Both the position numbers and the translations under genes were made by a program. A stretch of 64,000 bases of DNA from Batkoa obscura. Taxonomy: Eukaryota. The notes below the pieces were generated by a model. The model had not been told where the DNA came from. It saw only the letters and a list, made by a program, of their open reading frames with translations, and ran no database searches. Positions 1 through 12,659 of this stretch are shown in pieces; positions within the stretch are counted from its first letter, which is position 1; each line of letters opens with the position of its first letter. The DNA is taken from assembly GCA_030770535.1 (NCBI GenBank), contig JASVEC010000003.1, positions 124,001-188,000 of the forward strand, written 5' to 3'.

Positions 1-52
1 GAAATAACGCTTAAAAAATGGAAAAAGTAATTAAGCTAAAAAAACACCTCCA
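1..52 (+). mobile_element. ~100 bp MITE, truncated by window edge
   Basis: Right half of family consensus ending AAAAAAACACCTCCA-TA. Confidence 0.8.
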
Positions 53-134
53 TATAATTATTTAAATAATTTAGCTATTTATTAAATTTAATAAAAATAA
101 TAACAGTAATAAATATTCATTAAATAATATGCAT

Positions 135-233
135 GTAAAGATGTTTTTCTAATTTCATCACTTTTTACATTTTTTAAATGCTGTTTAAGAAAAAACTATT
201 AGTAAAATTATTAAATAAAAAATCACATCCTCA
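135..233 (-). mobile_element. degraded MITE copy
   Basis: ttcatcactttttacatttttt...tagtaaaatt...cacatcctca-TA matches family in reverse orientation. Confidence 0.65.
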
Positions 234-297
234 TAAATTAAATAGAACTAAAAAAATAATATATAATAAATATTTTGATAATTTAAAAATAAAACAA

Positions 298-793
298 CGT
301 GAAAGTTAGTACTCAGTGGTTGGAGTTAAAAGCAGTTCTTGGTTGATTAACTAGCCTTGAGTTGAATAGTCTTAGTTTGTGTAACTAAGATAGACTTAAA
401 TTAGTAAGAATAATGCACAATAGGCTATGAACTATGTAAAACAAATATAATAGAAAATACTACTGTAAAATCTAAGTAAGGTATTGTCAGAAAGACTTAG
501 TGGCTTTGTTAACGATACGATCCCAGGGAATAATCCAATCAAAAAGCATCGAGTTATCATGTTGAAGAATCTCTTTTATACTCCAACAAGTATGGATATC
601 AAAACGAAAGGATAATATTCTTTGCAATGTGAAGTTAGAAATTCTCACAGCAAATCTAAATGAGGAACTCTGAATTGATTATACCACATGGTTCACGGTC
701 AAATTGATTACAAGACTACAACTAGTTTTGTAAACAACTTAAATGATTATTATCTTATAATTAATCCGAGAGCTGATAAACCAATATTTCACA
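298..793 (+). mobile_element. solo-LTR-like repeat, copy 1
   Basis: (C)GTGAAA...TTTCACA termini; homologous to 970-1433, 13663-14506 and 58320-58752. Confidence 0.7.
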
Positions 794-969
794 CTTTTTT
801 CTTTATTAAAATTTTTTTTATCTTTGCTTTATTTTTTATTACTATATTTATTTTATTTTTAAATAACTTTTTTTTAACTATATATTAGGCATATGTATTA
901 TATGATTTTTTTTGCTATATTTTTAAAATTACTTAGTATGTATTTAAAAAATGTTAATTTAGCTATTGT

Positions 970-1433
970 TGTAAAATATCGCTTTATAAGCTCTCAGATT
1001 GATTATAACACAACAATCACTTAAGTTGTTGTGTTCTCAAGTTCAAGCACAATCAAGTCAGTGTCCATTATTTAGATTTGCTGTGAGAATTTCTAACTTC
1101 ACATTGCAAAGAATATTATCCTTTCGTTTTGATATCCATACTTGTTGGAGTACAAAAGAGATTCTTCAATATGATAACTCGATGCTTTTTGATTGGATTA
1201 TTCCCTGGGATCGTATCGTTAACAAAGCCACTAAGTCTTTCTGACAATACCTTACTTAGATTTTACAGTAGTATTTTCTATTATATTTGTTTTACATAGT
1301 TCATAGCCTATTGTGCATTATTCTTACTAATTTAAGTCTATCTTAGTTACACAAACTAAGACTATTCAACTCAAGGCTAGTTAATCAACCAAGAACTGCT
1401 TTTAACTCCAACCACTGAGTACTAACTTTCACA
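970..1433 (-). mobile_element. solo-LTR-like repeat, copy 2 (inverted relative to copy 1)
   Basis: 1071-1433 is the near-exact reverse complement of 298-660; TG..CA ends. Confidence 0.7.
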
Positions 1434-1879
1434 GTATTAAATTTAATAAAAATTCTGCTAACTTATGATATAAATTATTTTATAATTTAAAATTGTGTTG
1501 GGTACTTTTGGTCTTTAATAAAGAATTTATTTTTATAGAATTTTAAGCAAAGTTTAAAATACAAAATATTTAAAAATTGAATAAAAAAAATGAACTCAAT
1601 TTGGACATCCCCATATTATTTTTCAATCAATAAATTCAAAAAGTTCTATATTATAAATTGAAAAATATTTAGTAAGATAAAGTTGAATCAATAATAAAAT
1701 GAATAAAACAATTATAAATAACAGTCTATTGATCAAGTGAAATATAATAAATAACTATACTATTAAGTAAAAAAAGCTTGAAAATATACAAAAATAATGT
1801 AAACTTATTAAGTTAAAAGTTATTAATATTTGAACAAAGCATGAAATAAATGCAAATGCCTTATTTGTATGAATTTATT

Positions 1880-2146
1880 TTAATTTTTTTGGACATTGAT
1901 TCAATGGATAAACCTATCATCCGTTCAATCTCTTCTTCCATAGCCTCAACTCTATTCGAAAAGCACCCTTTAATAAACATAACTCTTTGTAATTATTGAT
2001 CATAAATACATTGTTAGATGATACAAGTCGTCTACTTCTTTTTACAGTAATAAAGGGACCTACTGTCACCTAATATAATATTTAATTATCAAATGTTTTT
2101 AATTATTTTACTTACTATAAGAAGAAATGGAACTTAATTTCTCCAT
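1880..2146 (-). CDS. candidate spliced micro-gene or pseudogene (~56 aa)
   Basis: ATG at 2146, GTAAGT..TAG intron 2115-2070; a second 51 nt GTAGAC..AAG intron is needed to remove three in-frame stops. Confidence 0.25.
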
Positions 2147-2348
2147 ATAATATGATAATTAATGTCAAAGAACCAATAAATGAAATATAATTGTCATTGG
2201 ACCAATCATTGATTAAGAACTATTTTTAAATGTAAAAAGGAATAGGTATATATTAAAATGAATAAGTAGAAATAATAACAGATATAAAATTCAAGTTTTC
2301 AATTTTCCATTCTCAATTTTCAATTAACAGTTATACAATATAAAAGCA

Positions 2349-3338
2349 ATGACAGATTATATAATTAATAGTGATATTTATCAAATGTTTCTTGATCCAG
2401 TATTAAGTTATTTTGGGTATCCTAGTTGGGATAAAACATATGGAAGAAAAACATTGCCATTAAATGAGTATGAAATAAAATATCGGGAAAATGGTTTATT
2501 TCATAATGAAAAATTTATTAAAGATGAATATTCTGTTTATTATCAAACGTATTGGGATAAAGAGAAATTTCCTGTACCTAAAGTGGATTTAGTTCATGTT
2601 CATGGATTTGCTGATTATGGTGGTCGATTTGTTCAAGTTATTCATAATTACTTAAATCAAGGTTATCGTGTTCATTTACCGGATTTACCATTTCATGGGC
2701 GTAGTGATGGTATTCATTGTGAAATCAAGGATTTAAATATACTATCTAATTCAATTAAAGTAATAATTGAAGATATTAAACAAGAATATATTATTAATAA
2801 ATTATTTCTTTCCGGTGGTTCCTTGGGTGGATTAACAGTAACTAAATATGGGATGGAATATCCTAAACATATTGATGGTGTAATTGCTGTCTGTCCATCA
2901 ATTGATCTTGGAAAAGATTTAGTACCTTCTAAGCCTTTATTATTAGTTGGGAAATTAATGAATTTATTAATACCTCGATTAATATTAGTACCAAGGGTAG
3001 ACAATTTAGCAGCTAAAGATCCCAAAATTGATGAAGACTTTCGTAATGATTGTAGAACTTATTCAAGAGGGATGAGAATTGCTTGTGGACTAGGAGTATT
3101 ACAAGGTACTTTAGAAGTCAGGAAGAAGTTATCTGAATTTAATTTACCTTTACTTATTCAACAAGGAGATCATGATCGTGTGGTTCCTGTTTCTTCTGCT
3201 AAAGTTTTTTTTGATGAAGTAAGTTCCAAAGATAAACAAGTCATTATTTATCCTAATTATGAACATGAATTACATTATGTTCCAGGAGCTGACAAAGTTT
3301 TTGAAGATTCCATTGAATGGATTAATAATAGATTATAA
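2349..3338 (+). CDS. alpha/beta-hydrolase, monoacylglycerol lipase/lysophospholipase family
   Basis: Intronless 329 aa ORF; VHGFADY, DLPFHGRSDG, GGSLGG nucleophile elbow, GDHD and HEL catalytic Asp/His. Confidence 0.9.
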   Translation: MTDYIINSDIYQMFLDPVLSYFGYPSWDKTYGRKTLPLNEYEIKYRENGLFHNEKFIKDEYSVYYQTYWDKEKFPVPKVDLVHVHGFADYGGRFVQVIHNYLNQGYRVHLPDLPFHGRSDGIHCEIKDLNILSNSIKVIIEDIKQEYIINKLFLSGGSLGGLTVTKYGMEYPKHIDGVIAVCPSIDLGKDLVPSKPLLLVGKLMNLLIPRLILVPRVDNLAAKDPKIDEDFRNDCRTYSRGMRIACGLGVLQGTLEVRKKLSEFNLPLLIQQGDHDRVVPVSSAKVFFDEVSSKDKQVIIYPNYEHELHYVPGADKVFEDSIEWINNRL

Positions 3339-3395
3339 TAGTTGTTATTATAATATACGATTTAAAATAAACAAATAATTTAGAAAAGTTATATA

Positions 3396-3496
3396 TGGGG
3401 GTATTTTTTTTGACTTCATCACTTTTTCCATCTTTTAAGCGATATTTGAGCGGAAAAGCTGCTAATAAAATTCTTAAATACAAAAATACATCCCCA
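3396..3496 (-). mobile_element. MITE
   Basis: TA-TGGGGGTATTTTT...AAAAATACATCCCCA-TA, 101 bp. Confidence 0.9.
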
Positions 3497-3688
3497 TATT
3501 CTTTTATTTTTCATTGTTTAAAAATTAGAATCTTTTAGTTTTATAAAATTTTTAATTAACTTTTTCTCAAATGTATAAAAATAGAGTTTTAAAATAAAAA
3601 AGAATAAAAATGGCATAAAAAGCACTTTTTAACCCAAAAATTCTTAAAATTTCCATTTATTTTTTAGGTTCTTAAAAGTAAAGATAAG

Positions 3689-5024
3689 ATGGGCAATAGT
3701 AACTCAAGTATGCAAGAATTAAATGGCTCACGGAGCCGAGTAAATTCAAGAAAAAATTCCAATGCCACTATACCCACCAACAAAGAATCCGCTCATAGTA
3801 GTATCTCTCTAACCCATGCGGATTCCACCCCAGCTATTATTCAACCAAGTTCCACTAAACCATACAACATTCAACGAGTCAAACAACAAAGTTCACAATA
3901 TGGAGAATCCCCCTTTGTAGGCTCACCATTAACGCAAGCAGATGAGTTGCCTAGTCAATTGAATTCTAAAAATACATCAAGTAGTTCGAATTCTTCAAAT
4001 AAAGCATATAATTCTCAACCCATTGCTTATAAAAGAGATCCAATTAAGGATTTACCTCAACCTGATTCTTTTCCTTCTTCTTTACCAGATACTTTGAGTA
4101 GAAGAACATCTCTTTCAGTAGAGCAGAGTAAATTGAAGAAGGAGATTAAAAATAATGAAGGAAAGGAAGGTAAGTAGTGAATTAATTTAACAATGAAATA
4201 AATGCTGATTTTATTTTTTTAGATATATCTACCTTAATATCATGGAATTTACCAGCCAAAAATGTATATGTTACAGGTACATTTAATGGATGGAAACATA
4301 AGATCCCATTAAATAAATGGTAAGTTTAATATTTATTACTACCAAACCAAACCAAACAACTCAATGACTCTTATATTTTTTATTAATTAGTAACAATGAA
4401 TTTTCAACCGTCATAAATTTCCCAATTGGTATTCATCATATTAAATTTATAGTTGATGATGAATGGAAGTGTAGTAATGAGTTATTAACTTGTACAGATC
4501 AAGATGGCAATTTAGTGAATTACATTGAAGTGGATGAAAATTTATTACGTTTAGATCAAAGCTCTAATACTCAAGGTAAGTAAAATTATAATTTTATTTT
4601 AGATCAACAAATAACCATTTGAACTTATTTCTTACTTATTAACAATTAATTAGATATCCTCTCTAGTTCTCCTACAGGTGAATATACCAATGAAATACCC
4701 GAATTTAATATCAACAAACCTACATCGGATAACCCGTTACGACCTCCCACTTTACCACCTCATTTAGAAAAAGTGATACTAAATGCCAGTTTACCTGATG
4801 CTCAAATTAATCAAGATGAATCTTGGTTATTACCTGTACCTAATCATGTGGTTTTGAATCATCTTTATGCTTGTTCTATTAGAGATGGTGTGATGGCTGT
4901 AGCAGGGACGACTAGATATCATAAGAAGGTAAGTGTTTTTTTGACGATAAAATAGGTGATAAGGTATTAATCCATTCTTTTTTAGTATGTGACAACGATT
5001 TATTATAAACCAGTGATTATTTAA
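3689..5024 (+). CDS. GAL83: SNF1/AMPK beta subunit (5 exons: 3689-4169, 4223-4319, 4391-4575, 4654-4928, 4986-5024)
   Basis: MGNSNS myristoylation start; glycogen-binding domain (VYVTGTFNGW, KFIVDDEW, GNLVNYIEV); C-terminal PPTLPPHL, PNHVVLNHLYACSIRDGV, KYVTTIYYKP. Confidence 0.92.
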
Positions 5025-5311
5025 ATAAAGTGAAAGAGGTGAAAGCGTAAGATGAAAGGTGTTTGATTATAGGATTAAAATTTGATGAAAGAATATTTTA
5101 AGGCTATGTGGAAATAAATATCATTATATATATTATTATAAGAAATATTTATTCAATTTTAATAAATTTTTTTAAAATTAAGCTCTAATTAAGAATTTAT
5201 TCTCAATTTTTGAATGACCTCATAGCTTAAGCATTTAATTTCTCTCCAAAAAATTAATTCGTTCATTTTTCTTTTACATTAAATTTTATAAACAAAACGA
5301 TATTTTAGAAA

Positions 5312-6242
5312 ATGTTGGATTTATTATTTGGAAGACGTAAATCACCTAGTGAAATCTTAAGACAACATCAACGATCTTTAAATAAAGCACAAAGAGAGCT
5401 TGATAGGGAAAGAACAAAGATGGAACAACAAGAAAAAAAATTGATTAATGATATTAAAAAAAGTGCTAAGAATTCACAAATGGTAAGTTGAATTGATAGA
5501 ATAAAATTTTAAATTAAGAATGAATAAAATAAAAATAAGAAGAGTGATATACAGGAGTATGTTAATATTAGATTTTATTTAGGGAGCTTGTAAAATTATG
5601 GCTAAAGATTTAGTACGTACACGTAAACAAATACAAAAATTTTATCAAATGAGAACTCAATTACAAGCGGTTTCTTTAAAAATACAAGTAAAACTAGATT
5701 AAATATTTTTAATTTATAATTAATTTTAATTTGTTATTTAGACTTTAAACTCGACACAACAGATGTCCGAAGCCATGAAAGGAGCTACCAAAGTAAATTA
5801 TTTTTATTAAAATATTAATTTAAGATTAAAATTTTTCTTCTTTTTAGGCCATGAAAATGATGAATGGTAGTTTAAATTTACCTGGTATTCAAAAGATAAT
5901 GATGGAGTTTGAACGTGAGAATGAAGTTATGGATATGAAAGAAGAGATGATGAATGATGTTATGGATGATATAATGGACGAAGAAAATGATGAAGAAGAA
6001 GAAACAGATCTAATTGTTAGTCAAGTTTTAGATGAAATTGGTATTAATTTAGATCAATCGGTAAGTCTCAATTTTTTTTATATTAGTGATAGGGACATTA
6101 ATGTGGATTTTTTTTTGTTTAGTTGGTAGACGCTCCTAATGGTATTAAAATGAATAGTAATGCTGTAAGTACGCCTATTGCAGAAGGAGGCTTAAATGAT
6201 GATGATGCTTTAAGAGCTAGGTTTGATGATTTGAAGAGATAA
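5312..6242 (+). CDS. DID4: ESCRT-III subunit Vps2/Did4 (CHMP2A), 5 exons
   Basis: MLDLLFGRRKSPSEILRQHQRSLNKAQRELDRER, MAKDLVRTR, QVLDEIGI, C-terminal LRARFDDLKR MIM motif. Confidence 0.93.
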
Positions 6243-6467
6243 CATTAAGGATGATAATTTATTTATTAAATAAGATTAATAAAATTGATATATAATAAAT
6301 AAAATTATATATGAAATTAGTAAAATTCTATTTCAAATTCTAAATTGATTGGTTCAATTAGTTAATTTTTTTATTTTAAATTTGAGTGAATTTTGTTCTC
6401 ATTGAGATTTTGTTTTTTTTAGCATTGATAGAATAGATTATATTAATAATAATAAAATAGAAAAAAT

Positions 6468-8881
6468 ATGGAAACTATTACACCAACAACTAATACTGAA
6501 AATCATAATAATAGTACTGATAATGGAATCGCAAAGATTAAAGCCGAGTAATTAATTATATTATTTTATCAATTCAAAATACATTAAAACATTAATAAAT
6601 AAAAATCAATAGATTCCTCATAAAAAAAACAGATATAAATCAAATTGAAACTGAATCAAGTACTGAAGTAGTTGAAAAAGTAGATCCAAGAGATGATCCA
6701 AGAAATAATAAAAAACAAAGAAGGGAAAGAGGACAAAATAAAAATCGAAAGTTTACTCATAGTCAAGATGTGATAAAAGTAAGCTATTATTTTATTTACT
6801 TTTATAAAATAAAAGAAGAATTTTTTTTATCATTTTAAAATATTCAGTACTAAATTAAATAATATAAATTAGTTATGTCCCAGTATTGCAAACGATAAAG
6901 AGTGTTTACATGGAGAAAAGTAAGAATTTTTTAATTCAACAATCAAAATTTTGAAAATATTCAACCAAATTAATGCTTTTTTAAGTTGTAAATCCTCCCA
7001 TAATTTAGAAGAATTTTTAAAAACTAAAGAAGAAGATATCGGTGAAAAATGTGTTAATTTTGATTTAAAAGGAGAGTAAGTTGAAATCAAAACTATTTAA
7101 AAAATAAATCATTAATACTAAATTAAATAGGTGCCCTTATGGGTATCGTTGTAGATATTTAAAAGCTCATTTTAAAGATGGGAAATTAGTTAAAGATGAA
7201 GAAGTAAGTTTTATTAGTTTATATAAATAGGAAATATTGAGTTTAATTTTTTGTATATTTAGAAAATTAAAAACTTTGAACCACAAATTGTAAATAAAAT
7301 TGAATCCTCATTTTTAGCTAAATTAAGAAAGGGCGGGGTAAATATTATTATTATTGTTATTATTATTTAGAATAGTATTTTATTTTTAAAATAAGTTTGA
7401 TTTTAGTCGATCAGATAAAGTCAATGAAACTTTAGATAAAGAAAGAAATCAAAAAAAAGAGGAAGGAGAAAGTAATATAATAATACTATAATAATTCAAA
7501 TAGAATCTCATTATTAATATTAATTTATTTTTTATCAAAGAATATCAAATTTATAATACATTACTTGATGAACCATTAAAAGAAAAGAAACTGGTAAATT
7601 TAAAATAATATTAATAATATAAATTAACTATTAATTAATTAATTAAAAATTTAAGATTGATTTCAGAAATAAAACCTATTTAGCTCCATTAACAACAGTT
7701 GGTAATTTACCTTTCCGCAGAATTTGTAAAGAGTTTGGAGTAGATATTACTTGTGGTGAAATGGCTATGGCTTCCAATTTACTACAAGTAAATTATTAAT
7801 AATAATAAATAATATTATAATATTAATTTAAATTAAATTTTAGGGACAAAAAGCAGAATGGTCTTTAGTAAGAAAACATAAATCTGAAGATTTATTTGGT
7901 ATTCAATTAGCAGGCAATCGACCTGATTATATGATTAAATGTGCTGATCTAATTAATCAAGAAATTGAAGTGGATTTTGTTGATATAAATTTAGGTTGTC
8001 CAATTGATGCTGTTTATAAAAATGTAATTGAAAAAGTCAACTTTATTTGTTATTCAATAAAACTAATAAAACTCAATTTTAGGGTGGAGGTAGTGCGTTA
8101 ATGGGTCATACTAATAAATTAGGACGTATGGTACGTGGTATGAATACTATATTAGATTGTCCATTAACTGTTAAATTTCGCACTGGTATTTATCATGAAA
8201 AAAAGATAGCTCATACAATAATTCCATTATTTGAAGAATGGGGATGTTCATTAGGTACTTTACATGGAAGATCAAGACAACAACGATATACTAAATTAGC
8301 TAATTGGGATTATATAAAAGAATGTCATTCATTAACTAATAAAATGCCTTTATTTGGTAATGGGGATATATTAAGTTATGAAGATTATAATCAAAAAATA
8401 CAAGAAGGTTTAGTAGATGGTATAATGATTGGTAGAGGTGCATTAATTAAACCTTGGTTATTTGAAGAAATTAAAACTCAACAATATAAAGATATATCTT
8501 CTAAAGAAAGATTAGATATTATTAAAAAGTTTTGTGATTATGGTTTAGAACATTGGGGTTCAGATACAATGGGAGTTAATCATACTAGAAGGTTTTTATG
8601 TGAATGGCTATCCTTTTTACATCGTTACATACCAGTTGGTTTATTACAAGTTTTACCTCAAAAAATTAATAATCGTCCACCTGCTTGTTTTGGTAGAGAT
8701 GATTTAGAAACTTTAATGTTAAGTTCAAAAGCTGAAGATTGGATTAAAATTACGTAAGTTTATTTATTTATTTATTTATTTATTTAACAATCAATTATTA
8801 TTATTTAGTGAAATGTATTTAGGTAAATCACCAGCTGATTTTGCATTTATACCTAAACATAAAGCCAATTCTTATCAATGA
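6468..8881 (+). CDS. DUS3: tRNA-dihydrouridine(47) synthase, about 12 exons
   Basis: Two CCCH fingers, [60 protein letters not shown]. Confidence 0.93.
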
Positions 8882-8947
8882 ATAAAAATTAAATAGATAG
8901 ATAAAAATAAAATGGAATATCATATAGAAGAACTATTTATTATTATT

Positions 8948-10384
8948 TTATTCTAATATATTATATTTAATAACTTCATTTCCCCAAGATGTTGTATTAT
9001 TAACTAAGTTTCTAGCAAACAATTCTAAACATTTTGAACCTATTTTAATATTTATTAAATCTTTTAAAATACCTAGTAATTATAATTAATATATTATAAT
9101 TAATATATATATATTTATTAAAATACCTTGAATAATTGGCTTTTTGGAATGAATTTTACAAGGTACAGCAAATAAATATTTAATATTAATTTGACTAATT
9201 GGTTGCTTACTTGCAATTAATAAAACTTCATAACATTTACGATGATTATTTAATAACGGAAATACAGGTTCTAAATTAGTAGTTATCTGAAAAATGAAAT
9301 AAAATAAAATAATTAATAAACAAATTAACATTTAAATATAAAATGATAATAATAATAGTCTTACTTTAACCCAATAAATTTTACTATGTAGATATAATTG
9401 ATTATCTTTTAAATATTTTTTCAATATAAATTTTTGAATTTTTTTTTGATTCGTTATCCAAATACAAAATATTCCATTTTGATTTAATAATTGATTAATT
9501 TTGAATTTATATAATTCATATATATCTATTGTATTATATTTGAAATTTCTATCTACAGAAGAATTTGGCCATGGTGGATCCATAATAATTATATCAAACT
9601 TATCTTTTATTTGAAAATTATTTAAATTTCCTAATAAAAACTCATTATTTCTAGGAATTATTATTTGATATTGTTGATCTAATAAGATTATTTTAGTTCT
9701 ATTTTCTTTATTTATTACTCTTTTTTCTACTATATCGATTAAATTAATCTCTTTGTTTTCTCTAGTTAATTCAATATCAGTTGAAATTGTCTCTGTATCT
9801 TCTAAATTTCCTTGGAATTTTTTCATTGTTTGATATAACTCTATAATTGAATTAAAATCAATTTTGTTTAAAATTAATTGATTATTCCGACTCGGCTCAT
9901 TATCTGAATAATTTTTTAAATACAATAAATTTTGAACTTTTGTTTTTAATTTTAGAATCAATCTTTCAATTTCATTATCAATCTCCACATCTATTATCTC
10001 TATTTTCTTTTTTTTTATTATCTTCTATATTAAGTACTTAATAAAAACTATATCCTTTTTTTATATAATAATAACAATACTTACTTGTTCATTAACCTTC
10101 CTATAACTATGGTGTAAATTAAACCAATAACTTGGAATTTGTTGATCTCCATAACTATATTTTAAAAGTAATTTAGCATTATCTAATAATATACACTCTT
10201 CATCAGAGTATAATATAATTTCATCTTCATCTCCATCTTTCATCTCTTTTATGATACTCTCATACTATAAAAACACTCAACAATTAACATACTTAAAAGA
10301 TAAAAGGGTAGATTAGCTAACATGCATTGATTGGTTCACATTGAAAAATGGTAACTCAATCGATTTAATTGGCTCTAAATTCAT
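8948..10384 (-). CDS. METTL4: MT-A70 family N6-adenine methyltransferase, METTL4-like
   Basis: IIMDPPWPN catalytic motif, CIWITN, YWVK, HRKCYEVL, HSKKP, LELFARNL..SWGNE; start codon and first exons inferred. Confidence 0.8.
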
Positions 10385-10489
10385 CCATAATTATGTTTGA
10401 AGGAATTTGTATTGAAATTTTAACTTAAGACATCTAATTTTTTACTTTTGTATAAAGTTTTAGTTTTATTAAATTTAAATATATATAAA

Positions 10490-11117
10490 ATGTTAGGCTT
10501 CCTTTATCTATGTATGCTTATAATTGACATTGCTCTATTTGTTAATGTTTTATTTATGGTAAGTTTTAATTTTTTTACTTTAATGTACTAGTGTTGAATT
10601 ATGTTTTTTTTTAAATTAGTTGATGTACATTACTGATGTTGAAAGTGATTATATTAATCCAATAGATTGTTGTAGAGATTTAAATAAGGTAATATAACTT
10701 GTATTTTTATACTATTAATATATTTATTTGATATTATTTAGTATGTTAAACCCGAATTAGTTATGCATTTTATTTTATCTCTATTATCTTTATTCACTGG
10801 TCATTGGTTAACTGTATTGTTTATATTCCCAATTTTAGGTTATAATATTTATAGGTAAATCTTACTAATAGGATTATTCTATAATTTGATGTTGATTTTA
10901 ATTCTTTTTATATAGATTAATTAATAACAAACAAATTTATGATGCTACTAATATTTATCGAGAGTTAAATCAACATAAGATTGAATATTTTTCAAAATTA
11001 GCTTTCTATATGCTCTCATTATTTTACTATCTTTTTCGGTAAGTTTTATCTTTTATTTTAGAATCATTTTATTAATATTTCATCTTTTTTAGTACTATTG
11101 TTGCCTTTATGGACTAA
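10490..11117 (+). CDS. ERV14: cornichon family ER cargo receptor, 5 exons
   Basis: Spliced translation gives TDVESDYINPIDCCRDLNKYVKPE, IYDATNIYRELNQHK, KLAFYMLSFFYYL. Confidence 0.9.
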
Positions 11118-11267
11118 TCGATTAATTCATTGAGGAAGTATAATTCTTATTAAAAAATAAAAGTGATCAAATTTTTATAAATTTAAAAATATCCATTTAT
11201 ATTTCTATGCGTTTTTTATTTAACTATATATTTAATTCAAATTATATATTTATTCCAAATATCTATT

Positions 11268-11687
11268 TTATTCAACTATTTAGAAAAAGGTTAATATCTT
11301 GTCTTAAATAAATGAATTGTTAATTATTACTATCATTATCCTTGGCAGCTTCTTGTTTTTTAGCTTCTAATTCCCCTTTTTGTTGATTTTTAATATTTTC
11401 AAACTCTCTTTTTACCTAAAAGAAATCAATTAATATCCTTTGTCATAACTATCTCTCCTCCTCCTCTTGGTTCTCTTACTCCAAAACTCAAACATTTATA
11501 AAAAAGTACTTACCAACCTCTCTCTTTGTTCTTTCTTTTTTAATTTCTTCTTACTCATTTCTCTACCTTGAATAATTTCTTTTTCATGACTTTGACGAAA
11601 TAATGCTTTCTTTTTACTTCTTTTTTCTCGAGTTTCTTTTTTCAAACGCTGAATTACTTTATTACTATCGCTACGTGACACTCCCAT
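11268..11687 (-). CDS. small basic Lys/Arg-rich protein (possibly ribosome-biogenesis factor), 3 exons
   Basis: ATG 11687; two GT-AG introns keep the frame open (..KKKEQRERL|VKREFENIK..DND|IE*). Confidence 0.6.
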
Positions 11688-11944
11688 TGTTATTATTCTT
11701 TTAGTTACTTATTAATTGAAAAATATTTGGAACCTTGAAAAATCGATTTTCTCTTGAAATTACTTTTACTCAAAAAAAGATAAGTTTAAGAAGATATATT
11801 AAGCAATTGATTGGTCAAAATAGATTACCTGTTTGGTTCCTTTTAAATTTTTTAGGCTTTTTGCTTTTAAGTCTGGGATTTTGGGATTGAGTTGGATTGG
11901 TGGAATGTTAATTAAAATTTTTAAAAAAATCACACCAAATTTAA

Positions 11945-12015
11945 GCAATGTTAGCTAAGCAACAAAATTGCTGCTTTTCAAAGCCAGATATTAGGTTCGA
12001 TTCCTGAACATTACA
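11945..12015 (+). pseudogene. degenerate tRNA-like sequence (Glu-TTC-like)
   Basis: Acceptor stem GCAATGT/ACATTAC (6 of 7 pairs), T-arm AGGTTCGATTCCT, TTTTCAA loop; D-arm eroded. Confidence 0.45.
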
Positions 12016-12292
12016 TAGGAATTAAATCTGTTGGGGCTTTAAATAGTTTTTTAATGTTTGGTGATTATTGGTATATTTGCCAACTCGTAGTTAAGAATGT
12101 TAGTGGAGATTACTCATGTTAAAAAGGGATGAGGGTATTTATATAAAAATTTAACAATTGAAGTAAATTTAGTAATGTTTTTATTTTTATATAAGACTTT
12201 AAATTAAAATAATATTATTTTTGCAGGTTTTAAATTAATAAAAAAGTGCATAAAATTTGTATTTAAAAGTTAATAATTATAAAAACATTATA

Positions 12293-12394
12293 GGGGGATG
12301 TATTTTTTTGTTTAACAATTTTATTAACAATTTTTCCGCTGAAATAGCGCTTAAAAAATGTAAAAAATGATGAAGCCAAAAAAAAACATCCCCA
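12293..12394 (+). mobile_element. MITE
   Basis: GGGGGATGTATTTTT...AAAAAACATCCCCA-TA. Confidence 0.88.
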
Positions 12395-12586
12395 TAATAT
12401 TTTAAATAAAATTTATAATAATAACATTTATTTTATATAGTTTATAGCTTATTATATATTATTTTTATTAATTTAAGCTTATTTTAATTATATAAACTAA
12501 AATTTTTCAACTTATAACCAATTAATTAAGCAAAAACTTCTTTTAATTTTAATTTCCACAGTTTTATAAAAATAGATTAATAATAA

Positions 12587-12659
12587 AGCCTAATATGGGG
12601 CTCGAACCCATGACCCTGAGATTAAAAGTCTCATGCTCTACCGACTGAGCTAATCAGGC
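12587..12659 (-). tRNA. tRNA-Lys(TTT)
   Basis: Reverse complement GCCTGATTAGCTCAGTCGGTAGAGCATGAGACTTTTAATCTCAGGGTCATGGGTTCGAGCCCCATATTAGGCT; full cloverleaf, no intron. Confidence 0.95.

Noticed and set aside
688..1244. ORFs 688-888 and 999-1244
   Set aside because: They lie in or run out of LTR-like repeats and the frames are not kept in other copies.
1880..2069. Stop-codon reassignment (TAA/TAG read as Gln)
   Set aside because: Conserved genes in the window end at TAA or TAG in the expected places.
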